Below, in pieces: positions 28,164-42,943 of a stretch of DNA of 64,000 bases. A program made the position numbers and the translations under genes. The stretch is from positions 2,480,001-2,544,000 of the forward strand of contig OZ037769.1 of the NCBI GenBank assembly GCA_964035545.1. Reading direction: 5' to 3'. Source of the stretch: Bugula neritina (Eukaryota > Animalia > Bryozoa). The notes under the pieces were generated by a model that was not told the origin of the DNA, did not search any database, and worked only from the letters and a program-made list of their open reading frames with translations. Each line of letters starts with the position of its first letter. Within the stretch, counting starts at the first letter, position 1.

Positions 28164-29414
28164 AGAGACAAGAAGAGTATAGAATGAAGAGGAAGTGGGT
28201 GAAAAGATGACCACCTGCAAATTATCAGCTATCGAAGAGATCTGTGCAGATTAATCAGTGGTTAATTTTAAAACAAAAGACAAATTAATAGCATAATAAA
28301 ATATATATAATGTTATTATAACTTGGTTGACAAAATGATGGACTATGAATAAATTTGCAATATTAAAACATTGAAAGAAATTAATTGAATTATTAGTGGA
28401 ATGCATAACAATTATAAAGTGACACTGTTGATGAAAATGCACAAAGAATTCGATAATATGAGGTTTCGATAAAGATAAATGCTGCACAGACATGAAGTTT
28501 AATGACTAAATGATAAATGTATGATTAATTAACCATTAATAACACAGATATGAATGCTGCTTTTATAAACTTCAGGGGAGACAACTTCAAATTTTAGGGC
28601 AAAATCAGCTTTAGATTGGACTAGAACCTTTGGCAATGAACAGAAACCCAAGAGGCACTTGAAACACAATTCTTTACATGTTAATTAGTGTTGCTAGTGA
28701 GACAAGTTTGGCAATGCTCTGCTGAAATTAATTGCTTTCTACAAGATGCAATGCAATGTGGGTGACTTAATTTATGTTGACTATCACAGCATCCGTCTCC
28801 TATTTTTATTCATTTAACACCAAACAATGGCACAAGTTACAGCCATTAGCGCTGATACCCACGCAACATCCCAGCTGAATAAAATCTTAAGAAAAATGCC
28901 AGGTCATGTGTGCCCGTATTTATTACTCACCATTACTCACTAGAACCAACAACTTGATCATTTTATTAAGGAAATCATTTAATGTGAGTAATAGAAAATA
29001 TGATTTGTTATGAAGCAAACAAGTGTGATGACTTTCTAGCACTCAAAGTTAAACAAAAACTCCTGCAAAAGAAGTTATGGTTGAGACATGTAGAGTGTGT
29101 AGTTAGTGTGAAAGCAGAAAAAAAGGGGCCAAGGCTTTGAAGTTGTCTGCCCAATGTTCACCTAAATTTAGGAATGTTTAGTAAATTCAAACTTGACTTT
29201 TGTTTGAGAATAAATTTTGCAGTAAAAATTTGACAAAGTCTACTCAATCAAAGTCCGTCCAACTCTTAGGGTTTTAAACTCGATACCTGTTTGGCAGCCA
29301 CTTGCGATGAGCCAATCACAGTGCCTGTCTTATCATAGACATCTATTCCCGAAGACAGTGAGCTGTATCTCATTAGTAAGACGTTGCATACATTGGCAGA
29401 TGCTACAACCATTA

Positions 29415-29665
29415 AACATTATATACTACATATTATATAATACATATTATATAATACACATCATATAATACATATTATATACTACATATTATATAATACA
29501 CAACATATGATACATATTATATACTACATATTATATACTACATATTATATACTACATATTATATACTACATATTATATACTACATATTATATAATACATA
29601 TTATATACTACATATTATATAATACATATTATATAATACACATCATAGAATATACATCATATAAT
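29415..29665. repeat. 14-bp minisatellite CATATTATATACTA
   Basis: Period 14, directly visible. Confidence 0.95.
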
Positions 29666-31107
29666 GTGTATTATATAGACACCACAAGCAGTACAGTGCG
29701 TGGCATATACCATAGGTACATTGTACAATATACATTAGCTATGTATACAGCTAATACATGTGTGTGATGTAATATATAATACAGTAAAAAAAATGCATAA
29801 AGTAAGTAATTTTGTAAACACTATTTAACTGAATACTCAATTTTACTCCTACAGTTTTGTACAGTAAACTGCACTTTTTATTTATCAACTTTTATGACTA
29901 TGTAGCTTTTTCTTTAACTAAATGACCAATAGCACTCTGTTACATATATAACGTATAGGTATATACAGGGTTGTGTATATATTTATATACAATTCCTATA
30001 TAAGTAGAGAGAAGCAAGCAAAGCAAAACAACAGCTTTTCATGTCTTTTACAATTTACTTGATGCCAAATACATGGTCAAACCAAGTCTGTGACACCTTA
30101 ACTTTTGTGCTGCGACATATATAATATGCAAAATTATTAGTGTCAAAAATTTCAACAAATTTTGCAGGTAAAGCATACATAGCATTAAAATAATTAATTT
30201 GTTAAATATAAACTTCAATTAGTATTGCAAATGTCACTTGATATTGAAATATATTCCGTGGTTACCCATGAGATTACACAATGACTTTATTTTTAGATAA
30301 AATTGTCAAGTAAATTGGTTTCAGCAGTTTTTGCAACAAAAAAGTAAAATATTTAAACTGAACTTTTAGAAGTCTGATATCAGCAGTTCTGTAGCACATT
30401 GCAGTTATCTGGTATAAAAGCCTTTAACAACACAGTTTAGTTTTGCTGTTTTAGATTAAATAGATATTCGTTGGCACCAACTCGACACACATCCCCATAT
30501 TGGTGATTGAACACCTGCTCCCTGTAGCTTAGTGCATAAACCTAACATAATTCTATCTCTCCAACAATGGCTAATGAGGACAAATACTTCAGTACTACCA
30601 GCAAAATACTCTGAAAACAAGAATTTTAATTAAAATTTTGGCAACGCCAACTAATAAAACAAATGATAAATGCATGATTATTCTAATTTTAGATGGGAAA
30701 ATCTCAACATCTCATAATATTGGCAATTGTTGCATAATTACAACAGTCACAAAACCAATAATATATTATAATATTATGTATATTATAAACGAATCTTTCA
30801 ACTATAAAGCCATAGTAAATAGTCAGTATGCAAGTTGCTGAAAATTAAGAAAATTCCACCATCTAATGAAGTTTGTTTTCAATCATCAAACAAAAATTTA
30901 AAATTACAAAATGATTGACATAGGCACCTCATGAGTGTTAAGGTTATTGAGATACAATACTTTGGAAAAAAGAATAATACAACTTTTATAAAACGAACTT
31001 ATAACTCCAGTAGTTCACTGGAAGCACAGCTAGATGGAAACCGATGGCAAATTCAAGTAACAGGATATCATGCCCACACACGGTTCATCACTAACCTCTT
31101 TATAGTT

Positions 31108-31336
31108 ATATGTCTATATATGTGTGTATATATGTCTATGTGTGTATATGTCTATGAATGTGTGTATACTGTATGTCTATATATGTGTGTATACTGTATG
31201 TCTATATATGTGTGTATACTGTATGTCTATGTATGTGTGTATATGTCTATATATGTGTGTATATGTCCATATATGTGTGTATATGTCCATATATGTGTGT
31301 ATGTGCCTATATATGTGTGTATGTGCCTATATATGA
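31108..31336. repeat. ~20-bp minisatellite ATATGTGTGTATATGTCTAT
   Basis: Period 20 with 24-bp variants. Confidence 0.93.
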
Positions 31337-32334
31337 TGTATAGAGTATGATATTGGGGCTACTAATTTATTCTGCCCACCATTATCATTCTAATGAGATG
31401 TTGAGAAGGTTTGTACAAGTGTCAAGTGCTGCCCAACCCATGGCTACATCGGCCAGCTATGTGAACTTATATTCCGAACTGTTATTATACTCTGTATGAA
31501 TATAAATTCATATAATTAATTAAGTCAAGCTCCTAGATGTGAAATATAATATTTGTTGTTTTCAAAGCACAGAAAATTTAGCATTGCTACATCTAAAGTT
31601 TAAACCAATCCTGCTTCTAGTTGACCTATATACTATTTTCAGATATTTCACAGTCAGGAAATAAGCAATTATTTGCTTGCATAACAGAAAACCTAAACGC
31701 TACAATCATAACGACTGTATCAGACAGTGACTAAGCTGCATAAGATTTATTTGTAAGACATGAGTAAGTTAAGCTATTAAATGATATAAAAAAACTTAGA
31801 TGACGTTTCATACAGTTCGAAGCAACCTACGTGTGCCATGTAAATAGCTTTATAATCACAAGTGTTGACTAACAATGTCGAGTGGACACCTAAAGTTTCC
31901 TCTTTAATTTGGCTCATTACTGATTTACCGATAACATCAGCAATTATTTTAAATATTTTGCATAAATAATATATTATAATTATAAGAGATTTTGCATAAT
32001 CATCCAATGCAAGAGCTATGACCAGAGTCATGATGAGTATTGGTAGTATTGTATAGTTGAACTGTAACTATAACAAATAAGGAAGTTGACTTTTTACAAC
32101 TTAAAAATTGTGTATGTCCTTTAAGAAAAACTTATATTTTAGTATTTAATCTGTATACGATTTCTGTAAAATGTATTGATTAAAATCTTTAGAAGTCTTG
32201 TTAATTTAGATAAGATAAACTATAATAATTGCATTTATTAAATATTAAATTTGAAAATGAGTCATGAGTAAAGCTGATCGGTGGTTTCTGTACAACCAAA
32301 TTTTAGAACAAACATTGCTATATGATACTATGGA

Positions 32335-32439
32335 GCTGACACCATAGTACTGACACCATAGTGTTGATACCATAGTGCTGACACCGTAGTGCTGACACCA
32401 TGGTGCTGACACCATAGTGCTGACACCATAGTGCTGACA
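32335..32439. repeat. 14-bp minisatellite GCTGACACCATAGT
   Basis: About 7 copies. Confidence 0.93.
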
Positions 32440-35400
32440 AAATAGAGGAGCTGGCGAACTTGCCAAATATTTTAAATACAAATTATTAATTTATATGACA
32501 CATGAATTTACACTATCTAAAAATGTTTCTATATGTATAGAAATTCTATTATTATTATATTATTCAACCAGCAAGACTAATGTATTGACGATTGTTGAAA
32601 CATTGTGGACACAACTCCTACTAGCTTCCAACTAAACTAGTGAGCTAATTTCCTCAATATAATACTTGGCAGCAGAAATAGACGAATATTAGTTGGCAGC
32701 GCTACAAAAAGTGTACATGTCATGAATAACTTAAACTCTAGAACTACAAAGAATGTTAATTTCAAGCATAGCTACGTGTTCAATCGATGAATATTAATGA
32801 CGGTTAATTGATGATGGAAATCTTGATTATAATTTAATAGGAGTTATATCATTTCGTGAAAATAGCAAAAAATTGTGTTGCAATTGTAGTTATAAACTCA
32901 TTTGTCATCCTAATTGTCAATTATAAATCGGTTAAAGTCCGTCAAAAAGTCAAGCAAGAGAAGCACATTTTTATAATGTTTTTAAAAACTTCTATTTCGA
33001 AAGTGCCATGAAATGTAGCTGCAACACAATATTCAGAGTGGTTAAACTACTAAAGAGAAAAGTGTTATCTCCACATGATGTAGTTTTCAGAGCTAGTTTA
33101 TTTTAGACAAAGAGTGAGTGAGTCATGATGAATTATACGGCCTCTCATTGGCCGAAGCTAAGCTAACCACTTTGCACCATCTGCGCAGTTCTTGATCCTT
33201 TTCAATTGCATATGCACTCCACCTAATTTTTTATCACCTTTTATTCCTGCTGCCTGACAAAATTATCAAATACCAAAAAATGGAACAATTTTAAAATGCT
33301 AACTCAGTTTAACACAAAACAAAGTACAACAACAAAAGAAAGAACACTGTAAAGGTCAAAAACAGTGACCTCTCACAACACCGAGAGTTATACAACGATT
33401 ACCTTTAATAATCTTTTCATCACAGCTCTAAAAGGTGACAAACCAGCACATTTACTTAACTGGCACATTATTTAGGATTTACAGAGTTTATCATACATAC
33501 TAAGAGCTAAAAATTATAATGGATTAGGATTTCCACTATCTAGATAAAGGCATTGTAGTACAGGCTTAACCAGCTAATAACCACAAACAGGAAAAATATG
33601 ATAGCATTATTATTTTAAAACTCTAATAATTACGGAAAATACGGATCATCAAAAACAAATAAACTAGAAACTGAAAGGTCATGCTGAGATTTCATTACTG
33701 GGGTCGATCTGAGAACAACCAACTCTTTTAGTTTATAGAATTACTAGCCAGTGGGAGGTGACACTAATTTAAGACAAAAAGATTCAAATTAATTTCAAAC
33801 TCATTAAACTTTCGAGTAATTAAAATTCAATTAATAAGCCGTCTGCTACACCATATCATGGCTGGTATCTCAGGACATGCATATATAATTATTGCCGAAT
33901 CTGACACAAAGCTACATTTAGTCACTTACTAAAAATCAATATTTACAGCACTGACTGATGAATAGCGCATGACAGTACCAGGTTTCCTGAACTCTGTAAT
34001 GCAGTAGTTAGATAATTTTTAAAAGCCTTTTGTATGTAATTTCTCTCCATGGCAATTAATAGGTAATAGGAGAGTATTTGCTAACTAAAAGCATTAATTA
34101 TAAAACTGGTATTTTTAGCAAATGGCTGTTTAGCGTAATGAACATGTTCCAGGATGTAGGCATCGCGTCCACCTGAGATTCAGCAGCTTGGAATCAGTCC
34201 AGTTAAGCTTTGATTGCAATTTAAGTGATCAGATGCATGAGAATTATTATATATTAGAGTCATTTAATTAGTAAGAAAAATATTGGACATTACAACATAT
34301 CCGATTCTCGGATGAAAATAGCAGATAAAAGGAAGGAAAACATGCGATAATACAACACCACTTCATTTCACCAAATAGAGTGTGTGGTAGGAGTGGGTGG
34401 TAAGAAATTAGGACACAAATTCAGCTGAAAATTAAATGAATCTTTCACACCAACATTAAAACCGTAAATGCATTGCTAGAAAGCAGAACAATATTCCTAG
34501 CCAATGTACATAATTATGACTTTGATTATTATTACTTGCTTTTAGCTATCAACTGAAACTGAATTAAGTTTCAATTTGTAATGTTTAGATTTGATTATAT
34601 TTTTTTGAAACTGTTCATCATAAGTAAATGAGCTTTTAAAAATCAGCTTGCCAACATATTAAAGTACACATTTTTTATTGCATGATTAACTTTGAGGACA
34701 GCATGATATTATCTCAGCAAAGTGGCTATCTTCAGACTATATTAAACCAAGTAACAGATGTGCATAGAATATGGATATTAGCATATCCCCCTTCCTACTC
34801 CCACTCAAGACCAATACAGCCAGACACCGTGTAGCATGTAGTAACACCATTTTAGAGTCCATAAATAATTCAAGTTTATTTATAGAAACTAAAACTCATT
34901 AATGGACAAAAGATGATTTAGAATGAGTAAAATATGGCAATTTTGAACATTATTACAGACTAATTATGCATTCATGAAGAAACAATAAATGTTACTCTGG
35001 TTAGTCATGTTGGCCAACGGGTTCATGTCATTTCGACATAAGTAGCAAAATTTAAGCCAACTTTAGTGTTTAATATTCTATCTGCATTGCTAATCGGTGA
35101 TGGAGCAATCATTTTACAATCCAGCAATGATATTTCTCAAACTGAGGGCTGGATAGAAAATGTGTCTAGTAAAAAACAAACAGTCACTCTAACAACATCT
35201 GCAAAAAGTCTAATAATGTCACATTAAATATAAATCAACCCCAAATGAATTATTTGGATATTTTGATGAAAACCCTCGTCAATTAAACCCAGAATTTATA
35301 TGAAGTTTAAAATTAATTATTATGGCAACTACGGAATTTGTCAGTAAAACTATATTTCTCTTGCTAAGATGCACACTGTTTAATAACTCAAATAAAATTT

Positions 35401-36163
35401 TCTGCACTAAATATATTACCAACTGAATATTTATATTGACTTGCGTGTGCCATGAAAAGCATATTTTGAAGTTACGGACCCTTGTAAGCTGAAAGTACAA
35501 CTCCCACTTAACTTACACTACACATCGGCTTATACAAGGTATTGATTTATTTAAAATTCAAACTAGTTAATGTTGCAAGTTGTGCTCTCTTTTAATACAA
35601 ACGCATTCGAGTAATACATTTCATTCTATCAACATTAACAAGTATATATAATATTGGACACTTCGCTCTTTTGTACACCAATGTACTGATACTCCTATAT
35701 TTCACCAGTAACTACTAACAACTTTATACTAGAGGTAATAACTGAGCACACTAGAGGTACTGAGTATACTAGAGATACTAACTGAGCATAGTAGAGGCAC
35801 GAGTTACTGGTACCCATGAAACTCATACACTTACCTACAGCAGGATATGGCACAAATCTTCCCAGCAAAGCTTTTACTTCTGGTGTGAATCCTTTTAATT
35901 TAGAGAGACCAACATTCAAACCAACCTATATTATTAATAGTTATATATATCATATATTATTAATAATCATATATATATATAATATATTATTAATACATGA
36001 TGACTTTTCTGAATTCACACTAGGGAAAATAGAAACTTCTTTCACATTGCTGACAGCTTAGTTTAATTATTCATGCTACACTCAAGCTAACAGCAAAAAT
36101 AACCGAGTCATTAGACACCATGGCCACCGAAATCTAAACTATGTTCAAAGTTTAAAGAGATCA

Positions 36164-36300
36164 GCTGCTGTGGTCTATTGAGTCAAAAATCTGGCCTGGT
36201 AGGTGCGAAGTTTTGGGTTCGAACCCCGGGATGGTCTTTGGCGATGTTAGGAAATGCATCGGATCGATCATGCATCATTGCTCTTGTGTCACAGCAAAAG
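36164..36300 (+). mobile_element. Degenerate tRNA-derived SINE
   Basis: A-box-like TGGTCTATTGAG (36171-36182) and B box GGTTCGAACCC (36216-36226). No complete cloverleaf or acceptor stem; followed by a non-tRNA body GGCGATGTTAGGAAATGCATC. Confidence 0.6.
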
Positions 36301-36524
36301 TCCCCAAACCATGCTAGAAGGCACAGTTGTTAGTTCACTAAAAACCTTTACCATCAGGAGTTATTACAGAGATGGTAGCTTCACACAGATGAGATTTTAT
36401 CTTAGTTCAAAAAGAGAAAACTTACAGCTATGGAGACAGCACTGCCCACAGCTCCAAAATATCCCATCAGAAGACTGCTAGTAGGTGTAGGCTGAAAAGA
36501 AGGAGATAAAATAAAATACTGCAA

Positions 36525-36549
36525 GTGTGTGTTTGTGCACGTGTGCACA

Positions 36550-36598
<49 letters not shown>

Positions 36599-36725
36599 TG
36601 CGTGTGTGCGTGTGTGCGTGTGTGCGTGTGTGTCTGTGTGTGAGTGTGTGTCTGTGTGAGTGTGTGTCTGTGTGTCTGTGTGTGAGTGCGTGTGAGTGTG
36701 TGTGTACGTATTTAGACATGTGTGT
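36525..36725. repeat. (GT)n compound microsatellite
   Basis: GT run with GC/CT/GA interruptions. Confidence 0.97.
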
Positions 36726-37398
36726 GGTGCATTAATAGCATATCTATTAGTGTAGAATGTCCTACCTTAGTAGCATTTCTATTAGCGTAATTATACCAGG
36801 CATTATGACTCTGATTCAACCACTGCCATAAGATAGTAGCTCCTATACTCTGATTGGGTAAGAGAAGACCCACAACCTAAAGCATTCAATATAAAATGTA
36901 CAGCTCTGTAATCTACACAAGAAAAACTCTTCTGAATCTCACACTTTTCTGAGAGTTTATTTCAATACTCTTAGTTGTCACCAACTGAGTGAGTCAGTAG
37001 AGTAGAGTATCAAAAATAAATAGTAAATTTCAAAATTTAAAACTTTGCTTGCAATAACAAAGTCAAGAATAATTTTTTAAAATTTTGCTTAAAAACATTA
37101 AAATACACATAAAACATTTGCAAAACAAATTAAAAAATATATCTTTTGTACTGCATATAACATCATTTATTTGTTGCTAACAAACAGAATTGATTAGATC
37201 ACTTTCACTAAGTCATAGTACAGCACGTCTGACACCAGGCAAGGCTGATAAAATCATTTGTTACAATATCAACTGAAAAGAGAACACAACTACATTTATG
37301 AGTACTTGCCAAAAAATTTGAAAGCATAACCGTATTTTCTGCTTTGTCAATTTGGCCAATTTCTTTTAAATTATACTAATCATTGTCAAAAGAATGTA

Positions 37399-37704
37399 TA
37401 CTCACTATATTATTATATATCTAACTTACTACTGGTGTATTGAATGCTAATACACACTATATTATTATATATCTAACTTACTACTGGTGTGTTGAATGAT
37501 AATACTCACTATATTATTATATATCTAACTTACTACTGGTATGTTGAATGATAATACCCACTATATTATTATATATCTAACTTACTACTGGTATGTTGAA
37601 TGATAATACCCACTATATTATTATATATCTAACTTACTACTGGTGTGTTGAATGATAATACTCACTATATTATTATATATCTAACTTACTACTGGTGTGT
37701 TGAA
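37399..37704. repeat. 52-bp minisatellite
   Basis: About 6 copies of ATACTCACTATATTATTATATATCTAACTTACTACTGGTGTGTTGAATGATA; TGAATG recurs at 37441, 37493, 37545. Confidence 0.96.
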
Positions 37705-39317
37705 AGGTATAAAGCCAGACATCCTCACAGGCATGAACACTTTCTGACCAGTATCGGGGTGTATGATGGATTGTTTAATGCGCTGGGCTTCCCACAATTC
37801 CTTGTCAGTAACTGCAGGACTTATTGTGCCTTTCTCATAACTGTCCAGCAGATCTGTAGCTGCTTTCAGCCTAGTCTAGTGAACAGACAGGATTGTGAAA
37901 AACGGCAAATATTACGTCATTTCTGCGGACTTATAAATAATTCTCCAAATAGACAGGTAATATCAGCACACATATAGATGCAAATAAATTTTGAAAAGCC
38001 AAGCTGAAAGTGCTTTACAACCAACTACTAAGCTAGTTTTGACAAGAAAATTTTGTCAAGCATTGATTTTACCAAAATACAGTTTCTAAAAAGTGTAATA
38101 TTGGTTTCATTGCAGAAGAGGAACGAATAAAATCCTACTTTAAGAATACTCTAGTGGTCCAACTAACCGAACCTTACCAAGTGCTCAGAATACACAAACT
38201 CACATCGGATACAAAGAGACTCCTTGGGTCTACCAGCCCGCAGAAGTGAAGCAGCCGTCCTTTGAAAGTGCTCTACAAGAAAGACATCATGTAGGTGTAG
38301 GCGGACATGGAATGGTCAGAAAGTTTCAGGTGTACAGTATAAGCAACCACACATCTTTTTCAGTACACAAAACTCTAGAAACCTATGAACATTATTAGCA
38401 TGCCCTGCTCTTATGCAATTAAAAATGACAAATCAGCAACATTACTATCTATTATTATAATTTAATTCAAATTTTAATTAAATTAAGTTAAAAAACATAA
38501 TTAACAGAAACTTATGACTAATAAAATCAGTCTTTTATCAAATGTTTCAAGGTAACAATTGTTCTATTTCAATATTAAATCACATTTCATATTGATCTCT
38601 ACTTCAATAATTGATCATTGGAGGCTAAAAAGTCATTCGGTATAAATCATTATGAATTTGAACTTTTTAGGGCATCTTCATATATAAGTTACAATTTTTC
38701 TGAAAACAAAACTAAGAGGTTTTGAAATATAAAGCAGCAAAATAGAAAACGTTTATACAAAATTGGTACCTGGTCATACATGGTACCACCTAGTTTAAAG
38801 GGTGGCGGGAAGGTCACTTTGGAGTCATCCATCCTATATCACACCAGCTCCCACTAATATAGAATAAATATTATGTTTAGGACAGATAAATACAATGTAT
38901 AGAAATTTCACTAGTTTTAAGTTTAAATTTTCAAACAAATTAATATATTAATTATTGCTATTAATACGATCGACATGTGAATGATTAGAATCGCAGCACA
39001 GAGCTTCTGCTGGTAGATCCTAATTCTAGTCACATCGTAGAAGCTGATGCCAAAAAATTATTTTTAGCCATGAAAAGAAAAATATAGGTTAAGAGATATA
39101 ATAAGCTATTCAGGAACACAGGGATATCTACACACTAACACGCATGGCAGTGATACCCGTCTACTCCATTACTGAATTAAACTGTATGAAAATAAGCATA
39201 AAATATTACTATTACAGATAGAGTTGCATAAACAGTCATTACCTATAAATAGAATGAATATGTAGAAAAGATCGCTAAGAGCTAACACATTGACACCTTA
39301 AAAAGTCTGTTGGCTAA

Positions 39318-39460
39318 TGGTGGATGAAGGAGAGTAGATGAAGGGGGAGTAGATGAAGGGGGTGAATGGAGGAAGAGTGGATGAAAGGGGGAGTGGATGA
39401 AGGGGTGAATGAAGGGAGAGTAGCTGAATAGAGATTGTGGATGAAGGGGGAATGGATGGA
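39318..39460. repeat. Purine-rich degenerate repeat (GTGGATGAAGGGGGA)n
   Basis: About 9 degenerate 14-15 bp units. Confidence 0.85.
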
Positions 39461-42299
39461 CATGTTGGTATTATATATCATAAAGCATATAACGCCAAGT
39501 TAGATGTATATTGGAAAAAAACCGTAAATATTTATTACTGAAGTTAAGAACAAGACTTATACATGCAAGTAGCATGGTTATTCACAGTATTGGGCTAATA
39601 AAGTTGCTCTAGAATAGAGAAAAATGATTTGAGATTTTTTTAAATACTACTGGTGGAAAAAGATAAGCAACTAAAATGTGTTTAAAGAATTATTTAGATA
39701 TGTTAAAGAATTCCTGGCATCAGCTAGTGATCAAAATCCCAAATTTTATCAGAACATGTGTACACAAAATGTATTATAAAACAAACCTGTTTGGGCATAC
39801 AACCCTTAAACAGTCTGTAGATAATAGCTAAGATATATATGAATATTTTAATACTATATAAATGTAATCTTTCAAAAATGCTTACATGAATGCTAGTAGC
39901 TAAAACAGTCATACTGATATACTTATATACCCAAAATTCCTATTCATAAGGTTATTGTGGCTTTTTATGGAATATTCAACTAATGTTGCACCGGTATTAA
40001 GTCTTGAATAAAAAGCACGTTAGGGTTATTTTAGGCTAGACCTGTTGCTGTTGCAGCATCAGAGTACACGAAGGCACCAGCATATTGAAAAGGGATTGTA
40101 CTTTACTGCATATATACCACATGCATGCTTGCACCCTCATGAACAGTCATAGACGTAGTGCAGTGTCTACACCAGCTTGTCTGATATAGCCCTCCATATT
40201 ACAACTTCCAATATAATCCAAACCCTAAAATTTCTTTGAGTTGTATAACTTCTTTTAGACATGCTTACAATTTGACTACAAAAACGTTGTGTTATGGTCA
40301 ACAAACAAGTTACACTTGAGTCGCCTGATTTTATAACTTCTGCTTAGTGAAAGGTGACAAGCTGTGCCAAGTGCTAGGTGCTATAATTAGGTCAAGAGTG
40401 CCAATGGAAAACAACTTTTTCTATATATAAAGTCTCATGTGAGAACCAGGTCACGCACTTCCTTTAATAACTTATGCTTAGAAAACGTTGTTTAGCCTTT
40501 TTAAAATCATTTAAAATTTATGAAACAAGTTCAGAATATAAAGCAGTTAAACAATTGCAAAGAAAGCCAGATTAAGTTTGAGTTGATAATAAAACAGTCA
40601 AGTCTTTTAGAGTTATTTACTGAACAAATTCACCGTTAATACACGTTTTAAACTGAAATTCCTACTTGAAATATATTTTGAAGTCAAAATAGGCAGAAGT
40701 GTTTCTACTAGCCTTACACACAAAGCAATTCACCAATGACACTGTCATTGCAGTTCACCAATGCACGTGATATTTGGGTTCAGAATAGCTGTTCATATTT
40801 GCTATGCAGCATAAGCTTGCTTTACCCTGCATGTATTATTAGGTCAGTAAACTATTACCTGTAAGTTTTGCTATATCTCAACCTCAAGTACCTATTAGCA
40901 TCTGGCATTGATTTTCAAGTCTGCTTTTGATTTCTGCATCTGATATACTACGTATGAATCTTTTGTATTTAAACTCCAGTGCAGTTAATAATATTTCAGA
41001 CAGTATATTCTACTTCACTTTCCATTTGCCTAGTTATTTGTCATGTAAGCTGCATGTCATTAAATCACCATGTTTAAGTTTTTCAGGAGGGACGACTATA
41101 GGCCACTTGCCAATGACATCTTGACCTCAGTCATTATTGCAATGCTCACTGCCACGGCTTTTTTACTACACAATGCAGTCACTGTTATGGCAATAATTAC
41201 CATAGAATACAACTGCTTCACATACATTACGCCCCCATGCAAATGGATTTTTCATTGCGACAATGTCAATGGAATGAAACCACAACCGTAGGTGCAAACC
41301 GCAACCAAAAATCCATGCTGCAAGCTTCCTGTACGAATCCATTTGAAGCATGGAACACGGTGATGTTGACTTCAGCTTAATAGATTCAAAGTAGTAGCAG
41401 CAGGGAGGCTAATAGAAATATTATAGAATAAAAAAGCTTTAAGAATTCAATGAACGACTGCATGATTTTATCTATCAAATTGTTTTCACTGATAAATGTT
41501 TTCATAAAATACCATATTTTAGTTATACACAAGGTTACGCTACTCAAAACTAGGGTCTAATCAAACCATTCAATTATTCACATTGATTAATAACATTTAT
41601 TTTTGTTTACTGATTAAAATTAGGCATTAAAAAAATTAATTCAAATTCTTGACCTGGTATAAAAATTTGGTGATTATATAAACCAGTCTGCAACATTTAC
41701 TGTCTTACAGTATAATAATAAATTATTTCTTTTATTATCATATTAATTACGATTATGATTACCATCTAATATGAATTATAATGATATCTATAGGCATAAT
41801 CATAATGACTATTATTAAGTATTATTGACAGCCTCCATCATTCTAAGTCCACATATCACTATAAGTATAAGTGCATAGCTATAAGTATAAGTAGATGATT
41901 AAGTATGTGCATCGCAATCAGCAACGCTAACTTGGATCAACATGAGTCTGATCATGAGACTAAGTATTACTATTACTATTAGTATTAGTATTACTATTAC
42001 TGTTAGCATTAGGTACTATTAGTACCTATGGCTATTAGTATTACTACAACTATAATTGCACTACGCTGTTAGTGTACACTGCAAGATTAGAAATAAATCT
42101 TTAGGCTTACTCTGACTGTACCTGCGTTACTTTGTTCATTGTTAGCGTTAGATTTACTCTTAAAGTTACTCTGAAGTCTAAGGCCTTAGTTAGCGTAACT
42201 GAATACTTGAGCTAGTCTACACTTAAGGCTGAAGTAAAATAAGTTACAAACTACATTACATAATCATGCAAAAATAAACAACAAAAATATATACACAAT

Positions 42300-42943
42300 C
42301 AAACGTTTACCACGTACGCTTGTAAGTATAAGCACCCTAGGCCTAGGCAAAGTCAACTGGCAGACTTCGAGTCTTGAGTTGCAGGTACTTGCTAACTTGC
42401 AGGCGATGTGTTGAAGGAACTTGTAAAAAATAAAGAAAATACAAATCGTTATAATTTACTATGCGTCGTTAGATGGCGTTAATATTCCGATATACTTATT
42501 AAGGCGGCAAGTACATTCGATCTATAAATAATAATATCTAAGTGAAAATTGCTACAATTCTAGGCTTGTCTGAAATGCTAACGACATACGAACGCATTGG
42601 GTACGCATATTTGCAAAGCTGCGTCGGTTAATAAGTAATAACGCTGCAAAAATAAAGGTTATATAAATTATAATAATCCAATCATTTTCAAAAGCATGAT
42701 TAGCTATCTATCTTCTTCTAGAGTTTCAAACCCAAAACTATGTCTTTATTTTGCACATGCTTTGCTAATCTTAAAATAGTTTATTGTTGTCTATTTATAG
42801 ATTGAATGACGGCACAGGTCACGTGACTAGTTAATATCCGGTGAGGCATGTCTTGGAATATTTTGCAGTGTACAGAAACCTGAGTTTGAATTTGAAAAGC
42901 TAAAATTCTTGAAAGTACTAATACTCGCAATAAATGTGTAAGT
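42300..42943 (+). promoter_or_regulatory. Putative main HDAC promoter and first exon
   Basis: Locally CpG-rich. MEF2 site CTATTTATAG at 42791-42800 and palindromic E-box GTCACGTGAC at 42818-42827, then ATGT|GTAAGT donor at 42938. Confidence 0.55.

Noticed and set aside
27620-28187. Three overlapping ~180-aa ORFs
   Set aside because: All are read-throughs of the 16-bp satellite.
36164-36235. Functional tRNA gene
   Set aside because: B box present but A box degenerate, with no acceptor stem or clean cloverleaf; better explained as a SINE head.
41070-41390. Short ORFs with coding-like composition
   Set aside because: No recognisable domain and no consistent splice partners; stops interrupt the frames.
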